Shown piece after piece: positions 49,510-58,650 of a DNA stretch of 64,000 nucleotides (position 1 is its first letter; each line of letters starts with the position of its first letter). A program made the translations under genes and the position numbers. Origin of the DNA: a bacterium (GTDB lineage: Bacteria; Patescibacteriota; Saccharimonadia; Saccharimonadales; UBA4665); NCBI GenBank assembly GCA_021777375.1, contig JAJYDV010000001.1:11347-75346 (forward strand), read 5' to 3'. The notes beneath the pieces were generated by a model. The model saw only the letters and a list, made by a program, of their open reading frames with translations, was not told where the DNA came from and did not search any database.

Positions 49510-49543
49510 ATGGGTTGCAGTGGGTAGAAGTGGGTAGTATATT
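49510..49543 (+). promoter_or_regulatory. mraZ promoter overlapped by MraZ-binding repeats
   Basis: TGGG repeats at 10-nt period (49511, 49521, 49531) across TTGCAG-17nt-TATATT. Confidence 0.8.
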
Positions 49544-49622
49544 CGCTATAGTGGCAATTACGGGAAAACACCAAAATAGTGTAAACCGTACAAAAATAAA
49601 AACCACTAGTACAGAAAAAGGG

Positions 49623-50006
49623 ATGGCTACAATAGATTACTTCGAACGCCGGCTCGACGACAAGAAACGGTTAACCATACCGTCCGAATTGCGTGCCGAG
49701 TTTAAGAGTGGGGTAGTAGTCACCCGCGGTTTTAAAAAGTACCTACACCTCTATTCAAAAGCGGTTTGGGATGAACTGGTGGAGCCAGCTCTCAAAGGAG
49801 ATATTCTCGACGAGAAGACTGCTGACATCAATGTTCAGTTTAGAACCGGCAAGATTGAGGGACCATTAGATGCTAAACAAGGGAGAATTCTCTTGGATCA
49901 GCAACTTTTGGATTATGCAGGTATCAGCAAAGACCTGATTGCTGTACGGGCCGGGCAATACTGGCGGCTTAGTCAAAAGCCCCGCGGGCTAAGGCCAAGG
50001 TCTTAA
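49623..50006 (+). CDS. mraZ: Transcriptional repressor MraZ
   Basis: LDDKKRLTIP and LDAKQGRILL AbrB-like repeats; heads the dcw cluster; ATG 49623. Confidence 0.9.
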   Translation: MATIDYFERRLDDKKRLTIPSELRAEFKSGVVVTRGFKKYLHLYSKAVWDELVEPALKGDILDEKTADINVQFRTGKIEGPLDAKQGRILLDQQLLDYAGISKDLIAVRAGQYWRLSQKPRGLRPRS

Positions 50007-50065
50007 GATAAAACAACCCTGAAGCTCTTTAACAATCTAAAAGTAAAACACATGAATACTAGCCT

Positions 50066-50306
50066 CGAGGTTAGCTATTCGGCAGTCAACAAGTGGACTT
50101 AGTAGACCCCACTTTAAAAAGTCTTAGTTCTTTTCTTTAAAACACCTCCCAAAACTCCACCTCACACAAAGTCTCTCAAATCTTTCGTGGCAAGCAGTAA
50201 GAAGTCCTAGTTTTTGAAACTTTGCTCTTCTTACATACACGCTCTCCATGAACCACAAAAACAAAAATCTTAAAATAAAAAGTTGGCTGCTGAATAGGTG
50301 ACCTTG
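50066..50306 (+). ncRNA. Candidate structured RNA between mraZ and rsmH
   Basis: 24-bp closing helix 50066-50090/50282-50306 with G-U pairs and one mismatch, plus internal helices. Confidence 0.6.
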
Positions 50307-50330
50307 TACAAAAATAAAAACAAGAAAAAG

Positions 50331-51224
50331 ATGCACCAAAATCCTCACAAAAATAAAAGTCATACGCCGGTTTTGCAGGCGGAAGTCATCGATAATATAA
50401 AGCCCCAAAAAGGCGAACGTTACCTTGACGCCACAGCTGGATTCGGCGGACATGCAAGTTCGGTCCTTAGCCTGACCGAGAACTACGCTCAGTCGGTATT
50501 AATCGACCGCGACGAAGTAGCAATTAGACATTTAAGTAAGATGTTTAAAGGCAGCGGCGTAAGCTTGCTGCACCAAGATTACTTAAGTGCAGCTCAAGAA
50601 CTACTTCTGAAAAAACAAGCATTTGACATTATATTTGCGGATTTGGGGGTGTCGTCACCGCACCTTAACGAGGTTAGTAGAGGTTTTAGCTTTGCTAAGA
50701 CTGCGCCGCTCGATATGCGAATGGATCAACGTCAGGAAAAAACTGCCGGGGATATCGTGAACCATACGAGCGAAGAACAATTAGCAGATATTTTACGGCG
50801 CTACGGCGAAGAGCCGCGACACCGACAGATTGCTAGGCTAATTGTTAAAAACCGCCCAATTAATTCGACAACTGAATTGGCTGGGCTGGTTCGCCAAGCA
50901 TGGGGCGGGCATAGTCGGGTAAACCCGGCAACACGTACGTTCATGGCAATTAGAATCGCCGTTAACGACGAGCTCGCCCAACTTAGCCAAGCTTTGCCAA
51001 TCTGGTTAAAACTTCTTGCGCCTGGTGGTCGTATAGCGGCCATTAGCTTCCATAGTTTGGAAGACAGGATTGTAAAGCAGTTTTTTGCCGGGGAGTCAGG
51101 CAACCGCTATGATGCCGCCCTGACCCTACTAACTAAACATCCGGTAGCACCGGAACCTCACGAAATAGCCAATAATCCGCGATCTAGAAGTGCTAAACTT
51201 CGAGTCGCAGTGAAACAAAAATGA
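50331..51224 (+). CDS. rsmH: 16S rRNA m4C1402 methyltransferase RsmH (MraW)
   Basis: HTPVL, DATAGFGGH, DLGVSS, PLDMRMD, SFHSLEDRIVK, NPRSRSAKLR. Confidence 0.96.
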   Translation: MHQNPHKNKSHTPVLQAEVIDNIKPQKGERYLDATAGFGGHASSVLSLTENYAQSVLIDRDEVAIRHLSKMFKGSGVSLLHQDYLSAAQELLLKKQAFDIIFADLGVSSPHLNEVSRGFSFAKTAPLDMRMDQRQEKTAGDIVNHTSEEQLADILRRYGEEPRHRQIARLIVKNRPINSTTELAGLVRQAWGGHSRVNPATRTFMAIRIAVNDELAQLSQALPIWLKLLAPGGRIAAISFHSLEDRIVKQFFAGESGNRYDAALTLLTKHPVAPEPHEIANNPRSRSAKLRVAVKQK

Positions 51225-51351
51225 AAGGGACTGCGAATGCCAATTCAGGTAAAAAGCAACTCCCGGGCATATAGAATCCACGTTCGCGTGCTCTAAATGC
51301 CTAAAAAACCAGCCTTATCTGTAAAGATAGGGCTGGTCAAAGGAAAAAATA

Positions 51352-51699
51352 ATGACATATTCAAGTTCACTTGCACTTAGCCGATCCCAGTTTGCTGGAC
51401 GTAACCGAAACTCAGTCGGTATTAAGACCCGCGCAAAAACATTCGGGCCGATAAGCAACACGATCATTTTAATTGTGTTGGCCTGTCTACTAGGTTTGTT
51501 TTATCTCTCTCAGGTTACGAAAACTAATGCTTATGGTTTTAATCTAAACGCTCTTCAACAACAACAGGCGCAACTAAAAAATGAAAATGCGAATTTAGCA
51601 GTATATTCGGCGCAACTGCAGTCTGTTAGTCGAGCTCAGAATAGTGTGGTCGCTAAAAATATGGTTCCTCTAACTCCTTCAGCTACCGCCACAAATTAG
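51352..51699 (+). CDS. FtsL-like cell division protein
   Basis: Cytoplasmic tail, one TM helix, leucine-zipper coil; sits between rsmH and the PBP gene. Confidence 0.7.
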   Translation: MTYSSSLALSRSQFAGRNRNSVGIKTRAKTFGPISNTIILIVLACLLGLFYLSQVTKTNAYGFNLNALQQQQAQLKNENANLAVYSAQLQSVSRAQNSVVAKNMVPLTPSATATN

Positions 51700-51716
51700 T
51701 TATACTAGGAGTGCTA

Positions 51717-53501
51717 ATGCCTGAGACGCTCGGCTCCAAACTAAATACTGGTCCAGGCAGGATAAGAATCTGGTCTGTCCTGCTATTGGCTGTTTTGGCG
51801 CTATTTGTTTTACGCTTGTTCTATCTTCAAGTTATTCGTTATGCGCACTACAAACAAGCTGCGTTAAGCGACCAGTTAAAACAGTACCAAATCCCAGCAA
51901 CCAGGGGAATTATAGAGGCCGAAGATGGCAATAGTGATGTTCCGATTGTACTTAATCAGGAGCTTTATACTTTATTCGCTGACCCGCTATTTATTAAAAA
52001 TCCGAACCAGGTTGCTAGCCAGATAAGTCAAATTATTGGTGGTAGTGCAAGTAGCTATGTGCCTGAACTTTCAGCAAAGAATACTCAGTACGTAGTGATC
52101 GCTAATAAACTGACCCAAAGCCAAAATGCTAAAATTACAAATTTACAAGATCCGGGATTAGGCACCAAGGGACAAGATTACAGAGTATATCCGGACGGTT
52201 CTCTAGCTTCCCAAGTACTCGGCTTTGTTAATAATAATGGCGTAGGAGAATATGGAATTGAGCAGGCGCTCAACCCGGTTCTGGCGGGTAAGCCCGGACT
52301 GCTTAAAGCTATCACGGATGTAAACGGCGTCCCTTTAGCTGCCAGTAAAGATAATACGCAGATTCCCCCGACTCCTGGACAGAATCTTGTACTGACCCTT
52401 AATTTAGGCATTCAGCAGCAACTTGAGACTATTCTTGCCAATGAGTATAAAGCTACTAAAAGCCAAGAGCTAAGCGCGATTGTGATGGACCCATATAACG
52501 GCCATATTAAGGCAATGGCTAATTATCCAACATATAATCCAGCGAACTATGCCCAAGTTCCCAATCAAAGCCTATTTCAGAATGCAGCTGTCGATTATCC
52601 TATTGAGCCAGGATCGGTTATGAAAACATTAACTACCTCTGCAGCCCTAAACGTTGGAGCGATTACTCCGAACGAATCATTCTTTGATCCTTCGCAATGG
52701 GTTATTAACGGTTTTACAATCCATGACATTAAGCAAGACGGTGGTGCTCGAGAGCAAAATATCCAAAGTATCTTAGCTCTTTCCTTAAATACCGGAGCTA
52801 CTTGGATGTTAATGCAAATGAGTCAACCGGGAGGAACGCAAATTACGGCCAAGGGGATTGTAACCTGGCATAATTACATGGTTAGTCACTTTTTACTAGG
52901 TCAACCCACTGGAATTGAGCAGGGCTATGAGGCGACAGGCTATGTTCCGCCAGCTAACCTAGGTGACCCGAGTATTAACCTACGCTATGCGAACACTTCG
53001 TTTGGTCAGGGAGTAAGTGTTACCGCCATACAATTGTTAACCGCTCTATCATCAGTTTTAAATGGCGGAACCTATTACCAGCCAACTTTAATAGATAAGA
53101 CGATTTATCCAAATGGCCAAGTGAGTATAAATAAGCCCAAGGTGCTGGAGCGCAATGTTGTTAGTCCACAAGTCGGCCAAGAACTTATACCGCTAATGGA
53201 AGGAGTAGTAAAGGCATATTTAAACGGCGGCTTCTCGTTTATGAACTTTCCATCCAACTATATTGTAGGAGGGAAGACGGGTACGGCTCAGGTTGCCAAT
53301 CCTAGCGGCGGCTACTACAACAACATATTTAATGGAACATATATCGGTTTCGTTGGCGGGAATAGGCCTCAATACGCAGTTATTGTTTATAACATTAAGC
53401 CAAATGTGCCTGGATATGCCGGATCATATGGTGCTCAACCGGTATTCGCGGATATAGTCCACATGCTAATAAATGAGGGATATGTCGATCCAAAGAGTTA
53501 G
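51717..53501 (+). CDS. ftsI: Class B penicillin-binding protein (FtsI-like)
   Basis: PATRG, EPGSVMK (SxxK), SLN (SxN), KTGT; SD AGGAG before ATG 51717. Confidence 0.9.
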   Translation: MPETLGSKLNTGPGRIRIWSVLLLAVLALFVLRLFYLQVIRYAHYKQAALSDQLKQYQIPATRGIIEAEDGNSDVPIVLNQELYTLFADPLFIKNPNQVASQISQIIGGSASSYVPELSAKNTQYVVIANKLTQSQNAKITNLQDPGLGTKGQDYRVYPDGSLASQVLGFVNNNGVGEYGIEQALNPVLAGKPGLLKAITDVNGVPLAASKDNTQIPPTPGQNLVLTLNLGIQQQLETILANEYKATKSQELSAIVMDPYNGHIKAMANYPTYNPANYAQVPNQSLFQNAAVDYPIEPGSVMKTLTTSAALNVGAITPNESFFDPSQWVINGFTIHDIKQDGGAREQNIQSILALSLNTGATWMLMQMSQPGGTQITAKGIVTWHNYMVSHFLLGQPTGIEQGYEATGYVPPANLGDPSINLRYANTSFGQGVSVTAIQLLTALSSVLNGGTYYQPTLIDKTIYPNGQVSINKPKVLERNVVSPQVGQELIPLMEGVVKAYLNGGFSFMNFPSNYIVGGKTGTAQVANPSGGYYNNIFNGTYIGFVGGNRPQYAVIVYNIKPNVPGYAGSYGAQPVFADIVHMLINEGYVDPKS

Positions 53502-53555
53502 GCGACTATTATTAGAACATAGGCTAGGATATACTTACATTAAACTAAACTAAAA

Positions 53556-54584
53556 ATGATACATCTAACACTTCAATCTCACACCACTGTACGAATCTTG
53601 ATGATTGGTATTCTAGGTTTTGTGGTGGCTACGGCTATTACGCCAGTCTATACAACCTTGGCATACAAATATCATTGGTGGAAGAAGCAGCGTACTGATG
53701 CGTGGAGCGGTGGAGAGGCCACTGTTTACAACAAGCTTCATGCCGAGAAACATAAAAGACATATCCCCAATATGGCAGGTATAATATTTGTTACCTCTAT
53801 TGCTTTAATAACCCTATTTTTAAATCTCAAGCGTGATCAAACATGGTTACCTCTAGCCGGTATGGTAGCTGCTGGGGCAATTGGTTTGATAGACGACATC
53901 ATGAATATTAGAGGCTCAAATCGTGGCATTGCAGGCATGCGCGCCAAGGTTAAATTTTTGCTCTATAGTGCAGTTGGATTAATCGGTGGTGTCTGGTTTT
54001 ATGAAAAGCTTGGAGTGCATTCAATATTTCTTCCTGGAATTCACGAGTGGAATATTGGTATTGGTATCATAATTCTGTTTTGGTTTGTGGTTGTAGCAAC
54101 TGCCAATTCAGTCAATATTACCGACGGTTTGGATGGTTTGGCTGGTGGGCTTTTAACTTCGTCATTCATGGCCTATACCTTTATTTGTGCTGTTCAGGGA
54201 AAATATGCGCTGGCCGCTTTCTGTCTTACAGTAGTCGGAGCGTTGCTTAGCTACACTTGGTTTAATATTTTTCCGGCACGTTTTTTCATGGGTGATGTTG
54301 GCTCTTTTGCACTGGGTACAGCTTTAGGGATTATTGCTATGCAGACAGATACGGTCTACATATTACCAATCATAGGGGCAGTGTATGTTATGGAAACCGG
54401 TTCGGTCATCATTAACCGACTCTCTAAAAAGCTGCGTCACGGTAAAAAGGTATTTCTTTCCTCGCCGATTCATCATCATTTTGAAGCTGTTGGTTGGCCG
54501 GAGACCAAAGTTACGATGCGCTTTTGGATCTTAGGTCAAATGGCGGCCGTATTGGGCTTGGTCGTATTCCTGATTGGAAGGTAA
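53556..54584 (+). CDS. mraY: Phospho-N-acetylmuramoyl-pentapeptide transferase
   Basis: GLIDD, NITDGLDGL, FMGDVGS, PIHHHFE. Confidence 0.96.
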   Translation: MIHLTLQSHTTVRILMIGILGFVVATAITPVYTTLAYKYHWWKKQRTDAWSGGEATVYNKLHAEKHKRHIPNMAGIIFVTSIALITLFLNLKRDQTWLPLAGMVAAGAIGLIDDIMNIRGSNRGIAGMRAKVKFLLYSAVGLIGGVWFYEKLGVHSIFLPGIHEWNIGIGIIILFWFVVVATANSVNITDGLDGLAGGLLTSSFMAYTFICAVQGKYALAAFCLTVVGALLSYTWFNIFPARFFMGDVGSFALGTALGIIAMQTDTVYILPIIGAVYVMETGSVIINRLSKKLRHGKKVFLSSPIHHHFEAVGWPETKVTMRFWILGQMAAVLGLVVFLIGR

Positions 54585-54587
54585 AAA

Positions 54588-55874
54588 GTGTTTAATGTAA
54601 GCAGAAGTAGTGTTCGAAGCAGATCTAGATTAAACGTATCAACTTCCGGACAAAGTAATGGACAAAGAAGACATAAGCCCGATCATTGGATTCTAATTAA
54701 CACACTGCTGTTATTAGTAATTGGCCTGGTTTTGATTTACTCAATTAGCTCAGCATTGGCTGATACTTCCGGCACTTCCGCTAATTACTTTATATTTAAA
54801 CAATTACTGGCTGTCGGCTTAGCTTTAGTGGCCTTTTTTATAACTGCCAAGGTTCCACTTTCTAGATGGAGAAAACACTATAAACTGTTGATGGGAGTGG
54901 CCATTCTTGCAACCCTAGTAGCTATTGCCTTGCCAGTAAACCCCAGCTATCCAGCCCATCGCTGGGTTCGTTTTGCTGGTCTTTCTTTCGAGTCTGTAGA
55001 AATGCTAATATTTGCAATCCTAATTTGGTTTGCGCATTTTCTTGCGAACCGTATTAAAACCAACACGGTTAGAAGTTTTTCGCAAACGGTCCGACCGATT
55101 CTAGCAGCACTTCTTGTCATTGGCGGCATAGTTGCAATTATCCAGAGCGATCTTGGTTCCACGGGAGTTATTATTGCCATGATGGGTATTATGATTTTTG
55201 TGGCTGGCATGCCCATGAAACGTATTGCTATCTTTGCCGCACTCGTGGCCGGATTGGGTATAGTGGCAATTCTGGCTTTTCCGTATCGAATGGCCAGACT
55301 TGAAACATTTCTTCACCCTTCGGCCAATTGTCAATCTACAGGATACCAGGCTTGCCAGGCCCTAATTGCTGTCGGTAGTGGTGGAGTTTCTGGCTTGGGC
55401 CTGGGTAGTGATGTACAAGCTTATGGCTATCTGCCTGAAGCAGATAATGATTCAATCTTCGCAATTTATGCCGAAAAGTTTGGTTTTATTGGTTCAGTAT
55501 TGCTTCTAGTGGTATTCGCGAGTTTATTCTGGCGCATAGCTAAAGTTGCCGAGGGGGCTCCTGATGATTTTAGCCGACTTATTGTGGTAGGGGTGTTAAC
55601 CTGGATAAGTACCGAAACTTTAATTAATATTGGAGCTATGATTGGGTTGTTGCCACTTAAAGGGATTACACTGCCTTTTATCAGTTACGGTGGAACGTCA
55701 GTAGTTTTTTTTGCAGCCGCTATTGGTCTGGTATACCAAGTTTCACGATACACATCACATGTATCGTCGCGCAGCATAGAACATCTTAACAGAAGGGCAG
55801 GCATAAATGACTATAGTAGTCACCGGCGCCGGATCGGGGGGACATATAACCCCAATCTTAGCGGTCGCAGCTGA
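54588..55874 (+). CDS. ftsW: SEDS peptidoglycan polymerase FtsW
   Basis: HRW, QSDLG, YLPEADNDSIF, GITLPFISYGGTS. Confidence 0.92.
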   Translation: MFNVSRSSVRSRSRLNVSTSGQSNGQRRHKPDHWILINTLLLLVIGLVLIYSISSALADTSGTSANYFIFKQLLAVGLALVAFFITAKVPLSRWRKHYKLLMGVAILATLVAIALPVNPSYPAHRWVRFAGLSFESVEMLIFAILIWFAHFLANRIKTNTVRSFSQTVRPILAALLVIGGIVAIIQSDLGSTGVIIAMMGIMIFVAGMPMKRIAIFAALVAGLGIVAILAFPYRMARLETFLHPSANCQSTGYQACQALIAVGSGGVSGLGLGSDVQAYGYLPEADNDSIFAIYAEKFGFIGSVLLLVVFASLFWRIAKVAEGAPDDFSRLIVVGVLTWISTETLINIGAMIGLLPLKGITLPFISYGGTSVVFFAAAIGLVYQVSRYTSHVSSRSIEHLNRRAGINDYSSHRRRIGGTYNPNLSGRS

Positions 55875-56985
55875 ACTTAAGCGTCTAAATCCGCGGGTAA
55901 GGATAGTTTTTATTGGGCAAAAAGGCGGTAAGCTCTCTGATATTGTAGAGAACAGCCCGTATATTGATGAATGCTATTATATTGCCGCCGGAAAGTTTAG
56001 ACGATATAGCGGTAGAGGGCTGACCCAACTTCTCGATCTGCGTACCCAATCTTCAAACTTACGAGATTTAACACGAACAGTTAGTGGTTTATTCCAGAGC
56101 TGGAAATTACTGGGTAAAGTTAAGCCAGACATAGTATTGACGCGCGGTGGCTATATTAGCGTTCCAGTGGCAATTGCAGCGTGGTTTAGACGCATCGTAT
56201 ATATTACGCATGACTCAGATAGTACGCCTAGTCTTGCGAACCGAATAATTGCCCCGATGGCACTAATGCACGCCGTTGCATTAGATCCTTCAATCTATCC
56301 ATACCCACAGCAAAAAACTGTTAAAGTAGGCGTTCCAATCAGCAGCAATTATTTTCCTATGAGCGAAAAAGATATGCAGTCTTTTAGGTCTAAAGTTGGC
56401 CTCGCGGATTACTCAAAAGTAATATGCATCACCGGAGGTGGAAACGGAGCCGACAAATTAAATCAAATTGCCGTCGCGAATGTGCCTTTTCTTCTTAAAA
56501 AATATTCCGATCTAGCTATTATCCATATTGCCGGGAGGGCATTTTTGGATAACATTAACTCAATTTATAATAAAAAAGTAGCGCCCAGTGATCGCAAAAG
56601 AGTAATCGTCAAAGGTTTTGTTGATGATCTCTATCTGTATACTGGAGCGGCAGACGTAATCATTGCTCGGGGCGGGGCCACAAATCTAGCTGAATTTGCA
56701 GCTCAGGGGAAGGCCTGCATAATTATCCCATCAGCACAGCTAATCTGGAACGTCAAAAATGCACATGAGTTAGCGAAAGATCATGCGGTAATTAATCTAA
56801 GCGAGGCACAAGCAGAGCAGGAGCTTAGGCTTGCACATACTATTCTTGAATTACTGGATAATAAAAAGAGCAGGGAAGACTTGAAGAAAAAAATTGTTCA
56901 ATACTATGTACCTGACTCTGCGAGTAAGATAGCCGCGCTTGTAATTAACTTTGCTGATTCTAAAGAGACGAAAAACCTTAAATGA
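55807..56985 (+). CDS. murG: MurG N-acetylglucosaminyl transferase
   Basis: GSGGHITP, GGYISVP, GGGNG, RGGA. Confidence 0.9.
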   Translation: MTIVVTGAGSGGHITPILAVAAELKRLNPRVRIVFIGQKGGKLSDIVENSPYIDECYYIAAGKFRRYSGRGLTQLLDLRTQSSNLRDLTRTVSGLFQSWKLLGKVKPDIVLTRGGYISVPVAIAAWFRRIVYITHDSDSTPSLANRIIAPMALMHAVALDPSIYPYPQQKTVKVGVPISSNYFPMSEKDMQSFRSKVGLADYSKVICITGGGNGADKLNQIAVANVPFLLKKYSDLAIIHIAGRAFLDNINSIYNKKVAPSDRKRVIVKGFVDDLYLYTGAADVIIARGGATNLAEFAAQGKACIIIPSAQLIWNVKNAHELAKDHAVINLSEAQAEQELRLAHTILELLDNKKSREDLKKKIVQYYVPDSASKIAALVINFADSKETKNLK

Positions 56986-57929
56986 GTTTGTTTAATAAAA
57001 GAAGCCAAGAAAAGTCTAGGCAAAACCGGCAACGTCAGTTCGGTCAACTAGGTGCAAGGGGGCTTTCGAAATTATCATATTCGGAGTCTAATCGTTTAAC
57101 CAGGACCGATGTTAGCGACCAGGGAAGAGGTAGAAACTACCTACATCAGATTGAAACTATTAATGAGAACGACGTTAGTCAATTTCGACGCTGGACAGTG
57201 CTATCAGGATTAGTAATAGTTTTTTTGGCGATAATGGCTAGTCAAAGTATTGCCAGTCGAGCCATTGTTATCATTGTTCAGCCGCCAGGCTTTAACTATT
57301 TGCCGCATAGTATAATTCAGTATCAAAAAAGTACCGCTGCGGCTATTGATTCCTCAATTTTTAACAGATTTAAGCCAACTATTAGTTCGGCAGATATTGC
57401 TTCTGCATTAATTCAGAAATACCCTGAGATTGCCTATGCAGCCGTCACTGTCCCTCTATTTGGCTTTACACCGACGGTTCATATACAACTAGCCAAGCCA
57501 GCCTTAATCTATACGGGAGGAAACGGAAGGAGCTATCTAGTTAACAATAACGGGATCATTATTACAGATTCTAAATCCGTGCAGCCTGCTGAGCTAAAAG
57601 GCTTGCCACAAATTAATTCTACGAGCTCCGTTTTGCTTAAAAATATGCAGGTTTTAGCCCCTCAAAGTGTAATTTTTATTGAAACAGTGGCGCAAGCTTT
57701 TTCCGCTGAAAAGATTCAGATAAGTAAGATGGACTTGGTACCAATGGCTGAAGAGCTTGATGTATATCCTGCCGGGGTACCATATTATGTCAAGTTCAAT
57801 TTACATCAGACCGATGCACTGTCACAGGTGGGCACTTATTTGGCTGCGGTGGCAACCCTGAAACAGCAAAACATAATCCCTAGCCAATATATAGACGTTA
57901 GGCTAGACGGAAGGGCATACTATAAGTAG
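56982..57929 (+). CDS. Divergent FtsQ/DivIB-like protein
   Basis: Basic cytoplasmic tail, one TM helix, POTRA-like segment, C-terminal YIDVR motif; after murG. Confidence 0.65.
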   Translation: MSLFNKRSQEKSRQNRQRQFGQLGARGLSKLSYSESNRLTRTDVSDQGRGRNYLHQIETINENDVSQFRRWTVLSGLVIVFLAIMASQSIASRAIVIIVQPPGFNYLPHSIIQYQKSTAAAIDSSIFNRFKPTISSADIASALIQKYPEIAYAAVTVPLFGFTPTVHIQLAKPALIYTGGNGRSYLVNNNGIIITDSKSVQPAELKGLPQINSTSSVLLKNMQVLAPQSVIFIETVAQAFSAEKIQISKMDLVPMAEELDVYPAGVPYYVKFNLHQTDALSQVGTYLAAVATLKQQNIIPSQYIDVRLDGRAYYK

Positions 57930-58197
57930 TGCTAAGTTATAAAAGGCATAGCATTTAGATCGATACTAGAAAATAAACCCGATAAGACAATGATAAAGGT
58001 TAGTTAAATACTTCCCCCATCGCACTGCCCTAGTAGTTCGCAAAATGTTCAGTTATTAGTAATCAGCAAAATACTTAGAAAAAATATATAAGAACAATAA
58101 TAGGGCAAAGTCAAATATTTTACTAATAAAGGGAAAGGAAAGGGGATAAAAATTTTATATATGCTAGTGTTTAAAATAACTAAATTTATACATGACC

Positions 58198-58206
58198 TGT
58201 GGATAA
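58198..58206 (-). promoter_or_regulatory. DnaA box (TTATCCACA)
   Basis: Perfect TGTGGATAA with the same CTGTGGATAACT context as at 6389. Confidence 0.55.
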
Positions 58207-58650
58207 CTATATATAGAAATATAAACTCAATAAAGTCAAAATGTGCTAGCGGGGGTAAATTAGATCTTCTAGATTTTCGAGTCTAGCTATAGATATAGAA
58301 AGATTAATTATGCACTGAATAACACAAAACAAATAACAAAAACCTGATTACATGCCAAGGTCGACATACTACTCACCTGCAGGAGGGGTGTAACTATCAG
58401 ACTGTATTAAAATATTAAGAGTCGCAAAAGATATATTGTGCGACATAACAGCGCGGTTTTGTATTTAGATCATTAGCCATCCCTTCACTACCAGACACAC
58501 TCAATATTGCTTGCCTTCGTTTTTGTATTTAATGGTATTAGCTTATTATTCCCCGCCGCATTTGCTTAGTTATATAATTGGTATTTAATTCCCCAGGCGC
58601 TAACGTATTGTATTGTTCGTAAATTGTTTAGTTTCAGTTTAGCTTAATTT

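Noticed and set aside
49515..49622. ORF-track extension of MraZ from TTG 49515
   Set aside because: This stretch is the promoter, MraZ boxes and leader; ATG 49623 fits MraZ
50124..50453. 109-aa antisense ORF over the mraZ-rsmH spacer
   Set aside because: Its Phe/Leu bias reflects A-runs on the + strand; it overlaps rsmH and has no recognisable motif
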